From Vairimorpha necatrix (taxonomy: Eukaryota): DNA of 64,000 nt. The notes under the pieces were generated by a model. That model was not told the origin of the DNA and ran no database searches. It was given only the letters and a program-made list of their open reading frames with translations. This document shows, in pieces, positions 58,972 through 64,000 of this stretch. The stretch covers positions 434,001-498,000 of the forward strand of contig CP142730.1 in the NCBI GenBank assembly GCA_036630325.1. Reading direction: 5' to 3'. A program made the position numbers and the translations under genes. Numbering within the stretch: position 1 is the stretch's first letter; every line of letters starts with the position of its first letter.

Positions 58972-61900
58972 AAAAAAAAAACTAAAAACTAAAAAACTAT
59001 TATTGTTATTAAAGAAAATTCACCCAGCAAATAAAAACTTCAACAGCCAATAACTTGTGATACACTTTAGCATACCATAAAGGTTTTGCTTGTAGAAAAA
59101 AATATCCCTTGGGATTAGAACCACAAACATTCCTGTCTGTGACCTGCGTTCAGCTGGGTTCTAAGAGAATAACACGTCTGACCCACTCGTCAGTTAAGAA
59201 CCTAACTAGTTCAACGTAAATGCTACGGCACCAGCAGCTTGCCATACATCCCCCAGGTAAGAGTGTGTTTTTTTCTTCTAGATTTCTCTAGGTCTGTTCT
59301 GGCTTACAAGCCTTTTCTTTTCTCGTACTACGATATATCGTTGTACGATCATCTTTTCTGAGAACTCTACTCTTACAAGTAGAGACTTCCTCTTATGAAA
59401 ACAAGTTTTGATGTCATTGATGCTACCAATAAATATCTTAACTAGCTCCTCTTTTGCTTGAGTTGAAGATCTCAACTTAGATATTTAATCCTCATGTAGA
59501 GATCTTGTGTTAGAGAGCGTCGGACAGTCTAACAAAAAGTGTTCAAGGTCTTCTCGTTCTCCCTCACATAGGAAACAATGAGTCCTATAAAAAGGAGGGA
59601 TTCTGTTGGCATTTGCCAAAGCAGAAGACCATCTGACTAAATTACACCGAAGCCTGGTGTAATTCCTGATCTGCCTGTTGTTTACTTTTGATAGTATGTG
59701 CTTAATCTGCGAGTCACAGATTCCATACTTATCTGCTACTAGAGCACCTAAAGTGGAGTTGTAGGAACCCCTTGCCTTAAGTACCTCTAAAATCTTGTTC
59801 TTGCCTATAATGTAGGCAATGCTTTCATAATCGTTTCCGATATATCTCTTACACCAACGTCTAGTCCTCGAACTCCACGTTGTTTTCCCTCCCCTCGGAG
59901 ATTGGTTAATAAATTCCGAGATAATAATTTTATTGTGTTTCCACTTCCTTAATGCCCTAAATCTACTAAAGGCCGCCTGTATGTGAACTTTATTCATACA
60001 GAGTTCGTCCATTTTCCTATATAATGGCACTATTTTTGTTCGAAATATCATTTGGATCGCTTTTCTTAGGATTCTATTGATCACACCAGACCTTATACTA
60101 GACATCTCCCATAATTCACTTCCGTACATTAGTGAGGGAAATAGCACATTTTTATATATATATACCTTTAAAAACTATTTTAATTCCTTTATTTAGAAGC
60201 TTTGGTTTTAAAACTTCAGAGCTTTTTTGCCTCTGAATGCTCCATCTCTTACTAAGTGTTCTTCTAAAGTAGATCTTTTTATAAGAACACCCAAATACCT
60301 GTATTCGGCGACTTCCCCGATTTTTCCAAAGTCAGTCCTGATAGCGACATCTACCGACTCGGATCTATATTGGCATCCCACACTAAAATACCACTTTTGT
60401 CACGGTTGATCTTCATACGATTCTCAACTGCCCATCTGCTGATTTGACACACTTTGAGTTTCAAATCAGCAAGAGTATTGCCTAGAACTACGATGTCATC
60501 TGCAAACATCAGTCCGGGCTGGCTTATATTTGAGCGAAGAACGCTCAATCCTTTTATGCCGTCAAAAATATCATTTATGAATAGATTGAACAGCGTAGGA
60601 GAACAGGGGCTTCCGGTCGCACACCTTTTTTGTAGAGATATCCACTACTTGTGTCTCCGTTTATACGGATTCTCCTCTTAGTATTTCCAAGATATCATTC
60701 AATGTAGTTATAAGATATCTTGGAATACTATACCTTTCTAGCTTATTAAAAAGTAGCTCATGGCTAACATTGTCGTAAGCTTTTTCAAAGTCAATAAAAC
60801 ATAGAAAAGTTTGTTGGCTTCGAAATTGTTTTCTTTAACCACCTCCAGCAAGGTTGCAATCTGATTCATACATTCTTCTCCTGCTCTAAATCCGGCTTGG
60901 AAGGAGAAAGAATGTTATTTTCTTCAACAAACTGTGTAAGTCTGTCGTTTACTATTTTTAAGTAAATTTTGCTTATTGTGTTAATTAGCGCAATTCCTCT
61001 ATAGTTGTTGAGATCTGACACATCTCCTTTTTTATGAAGGCAAATCATGTCAGAAGCACTCCAGCTAACAGGGGGGCTGTCTCCTGTTAGTATTCTGTTA
61101 AACTCGTTCACTAGGAACAGGGTCAGCTATTTATCTACTAAACTAGGTTTAAGTAGTACCTTGTATAGCTCGATAGGAATCTCATCCGGCCCAGCTGCCC
61201 TGTTATTCTTCAGTTATCAGTGGCTCTCAATACTTTCTTCATAGTGATGTTCTCTGGAGTATCCCTTTCGATATTCTTTTATGACAATTTCAACGTCTGA
61301 AATTGAGTTAGCTAGATTAGCGTAAAAGTCATTGGCCATCTCTAACTTCTTTTTATGCTTGTTATGAGCCATGCCCGATACATTTTTCAAGCAAACATTG
61401 TCTAATCTAACAGTGACGTTAGAAGAACTTTTCAACCATTTCCAGAAGTCTCTGGATCTGTTACTTTAATAGAGCTCGATGCCCTTGAAGGCCCAAAGTA
61501 CGGCTCGATCAATCCGAACTTTTATCTTTCAAGCCTTAATCTTATCCTGTAGTAACATGTACCTATGCACAGACGGTACGGACCTATTCGTTAGCATACG
61601 CTTAGTAGCATTTTTAAAACTTTTAAAGAATTTACGTGTCTCAATCTGATGGGCAGTCCTTTAAATGTCCCCACTTTACTGTGTATCTTGGAGGATATAC
61701 AAACGTCTTTTATAACTCCAGAGAGTTCATCTAGTGTGAAGTTTTTTTCATTCAACTTTCTTGAAAGCTTAGCTTTCATTCCTGGATGCTCAAGTTTCTT
61801 CCTATTGTAGGCAAATGACCATTCTCTCACTGGAGAAGGAAGAGATATCATTCTTTTCAGCAAGAGATGATCACTTACCGCCAATCTTCGAGAAATTGTT

Positions 61901-64000
61901 ATTTTCTCGTTGTTGAATTAAGACCCCAAATATCGTATCAATACGTCTTTTAGAGACTTGTCCATCACTCAGGATTCTTGTCCCTGATAATCTGTTATAG
62001 TTTATTGCGGGGTTTTACCCTGCGATAGCAAGCTTCTTTTTGAGGGAAGAATCAAAGGTATTCATAACCCCCATCACTACAATCTCCTTGTAGTTTCTTT
62101 TATCCTTCTCAATACTTAGAAGGTTAATTACTTTACTTAGAGTTTCGGCCTTGCACTCTCTCTTGTGGGACGTAAACATTGACTATTAAAATCTTTGTCC
62201 ATCCCGTACTAGTTTTGAATTCAACGACAGTTTGCAGGAAATTGTCGTCATCCCCCTTTTGGAACATCTTACTGCCCCGTCTTTTCTGACTAGAGTCATT
62301 AGACCCGGCCGATTCTTTCCTATGGCTGTTGTCTCCACCATCATATACTTTTCTAGTCTCGTAGAACCTAAGGATTTCTTCCAAGTTTCTTTAAGACATA
62401 AGACTGTTGCCTTTTCTATTTTAAAAGGAATTCTAAGTCCTCCTTCTTTCCGTAGAAATGGTTGATGTTAAGACTATAGAGCTTGGCCTTCTCTATGGAC
62501 TTGCATCTTCTTTTATTCTCCACTATATCACGAGTTGGAATTTCTTTTAATATTTCTAGGCCAAGTTTATCCATGGCTTTAGAAATTTCTTTTTTTCTTA
62601 ACCTTCTGACTACGCAGAAGGTGAAGTTAGCATCTTTTCTGCGATTCTTTCTAGTATAGATAAGAGAGTTCGATAATCTCGTTGACACTCTGTCTAACTG
62701 TTGTCGGAGTTCTTCTCCTTTGATATGGTTGGCCATTGTTTTAACTGGACACAACCCCCCTTGAATGCTTGTTCTCAGCATTCTAGCTTTTATTATGATA
62801 TAGACATGAGATTTAAATCTCAGTTTACATCCATTACTTTTATTAGTAAAGTTACTAACTTTTGGTGAATCGTTGGGTAGACAATAATTTTTGGTACAGC
62901 TAAGAAGCCGTATAACTTGTTTTTTATTAAAATATATATTATTATATAAAATTCTTTTAATAATAGGATTTTTATCACTGTTCATTGTGATGTTTACTAT
63001 CAACTTTCATGTCTTTCCCGAGCTGTTTCGCATTCAGCTCGGAAAGGAAGAACTCTTTATGACTTACTGTAGAATTATCAGATAGCCCCCTTTTTATAAC
63101 TTTTATTGCCTTATCAACAGGCACATACTTCCTCCAATTTTGACGAAGATCGGAGAATATTTTCGTCGAAGCTGATCTGTTCCTAGAGATATAATTCCAT
63201 ACTTCGTTTTCGGCAACTAATACTCTTACATTTTCTGAAGCATTCTTAAGAGCTTCTGCAGCTTGAAAGCAGAATTCATCTCTTATGAGAAAAATTCTGC
63301 CCTCGCCTTCAATATTTTTTACTAGAGGAATGTTCTTTTCCTCTATGCCCATTAATTTGCCCCAGGTCTCCCTGATTATGTGTTCCCCTCGGTAGAAACC
63401 ATGAGCGACCACAATTTTGTATTTGCAGCCTTTGAGCCTCTTTCCGTTTATTGCTAGGTCTAGCAACTCTTCTCTGGATAGTTTAGCTATCCAATTCGTT
63501 TGTTTCTTCCTCGTAATATGAGAAGAAGATGCCTTTGTTGAAGAAGTTTTCTTCATCTTGAATTTGCGCTTAGTCATAAATTTCGACTTCGCACAACCTT
63601 TTATAGATGACAGTAACAAATCATCTTTCAGTATTTTTTACAAGTTTTAGAACTTGAAGTGGGTACTTTCAACTGTTTCGTATCACAGTTGAAGTTCTTT
63701 TTTATACCTTCTAGGAATGGGGCAAACCTTTTGGCATCTGCTGTTTTTAATGTTTTTGAGGCATCAGCTTTTTTTGAGACCTTTGGTTTCATATCACAAT
63801 TTTTAAGAATGATTGTCCAGTCATTCTCCGTCTTTTCTGTTAGAAGAATAAATTTCTTCAACAATTTCCTGTTTCCTTTTACTGCAGCGGCTACCTTCCG
63901 TAAAAACACATTAATGGTATTGGATGATGGGATCCTTTTATCCGTAACCTTTATTTGCTCTTTATCTTGAGCTTTAGAGAAGACACCAAACAACTCCTAT
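58972..64000 (-). mobile_element. Same LINE in duplication copy 2 (no nested insertions; 5' part outside the window)
   Basis: Same motifs across ORFs 59278-63993 and the same 3' junction as 22258. Confidence 0.92.

Larger units (their letters stand above)
38234..64000 (+). repeat. Segmental duplication, copy 2 (runs off the window)
   Basis: Collinear with 4655-30860. It begins exactly at the outer edge of the gypsy LTR. Confidence 0.97.

Overview
AT-rich, intron-less eukaryotic DNA with a CCC motif just upstream of each gene start. This pattern suggests a large-genome microsporidian (inference). Only two conserved housekeeping genes are present, both at the left end: an NF-YC-like histone-fold factor and a HAD-family phosphatase. 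The rest is dominated by a ~26 kb direct segmental duplication (about 4655-30860 versus 38234 to beyond 64000). Each copy carries a lineage-specific gene with a putative signal peptide, pseudogenes of a second such family, Merlin/IS1595-type DNA-transposon remnants, a divergent pair of tRNA-headed SINE-like elements, a ~500-bp palindrome and a decayed APE-RT LINE. Later insertions found in only one copy are a 6-unit Helitron array, two restriction-like-endonuclease (RLE) retroposon fragments and two solo LTRs. Between the copies lie a paralogous gene and a compact 3.56-kb Ty3/gypsy element with ~60-bp LTRs. The most unusual observations are: (i) ultra-short LTRs carrying a host-type polyA-CCC-ATG cassette, so gag appears to initiate inside the LTR and read through the primer-binding site; (ii) a LINE whose sense-strand 3' end is oligo(T); (iii) a palindrome whose invariant 31-nt loop occurs in both orientations; (iv) a heterogeneous Helitron tandem stack. 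Alignments were done by eye, so boundaries of degraded elements are approximate.
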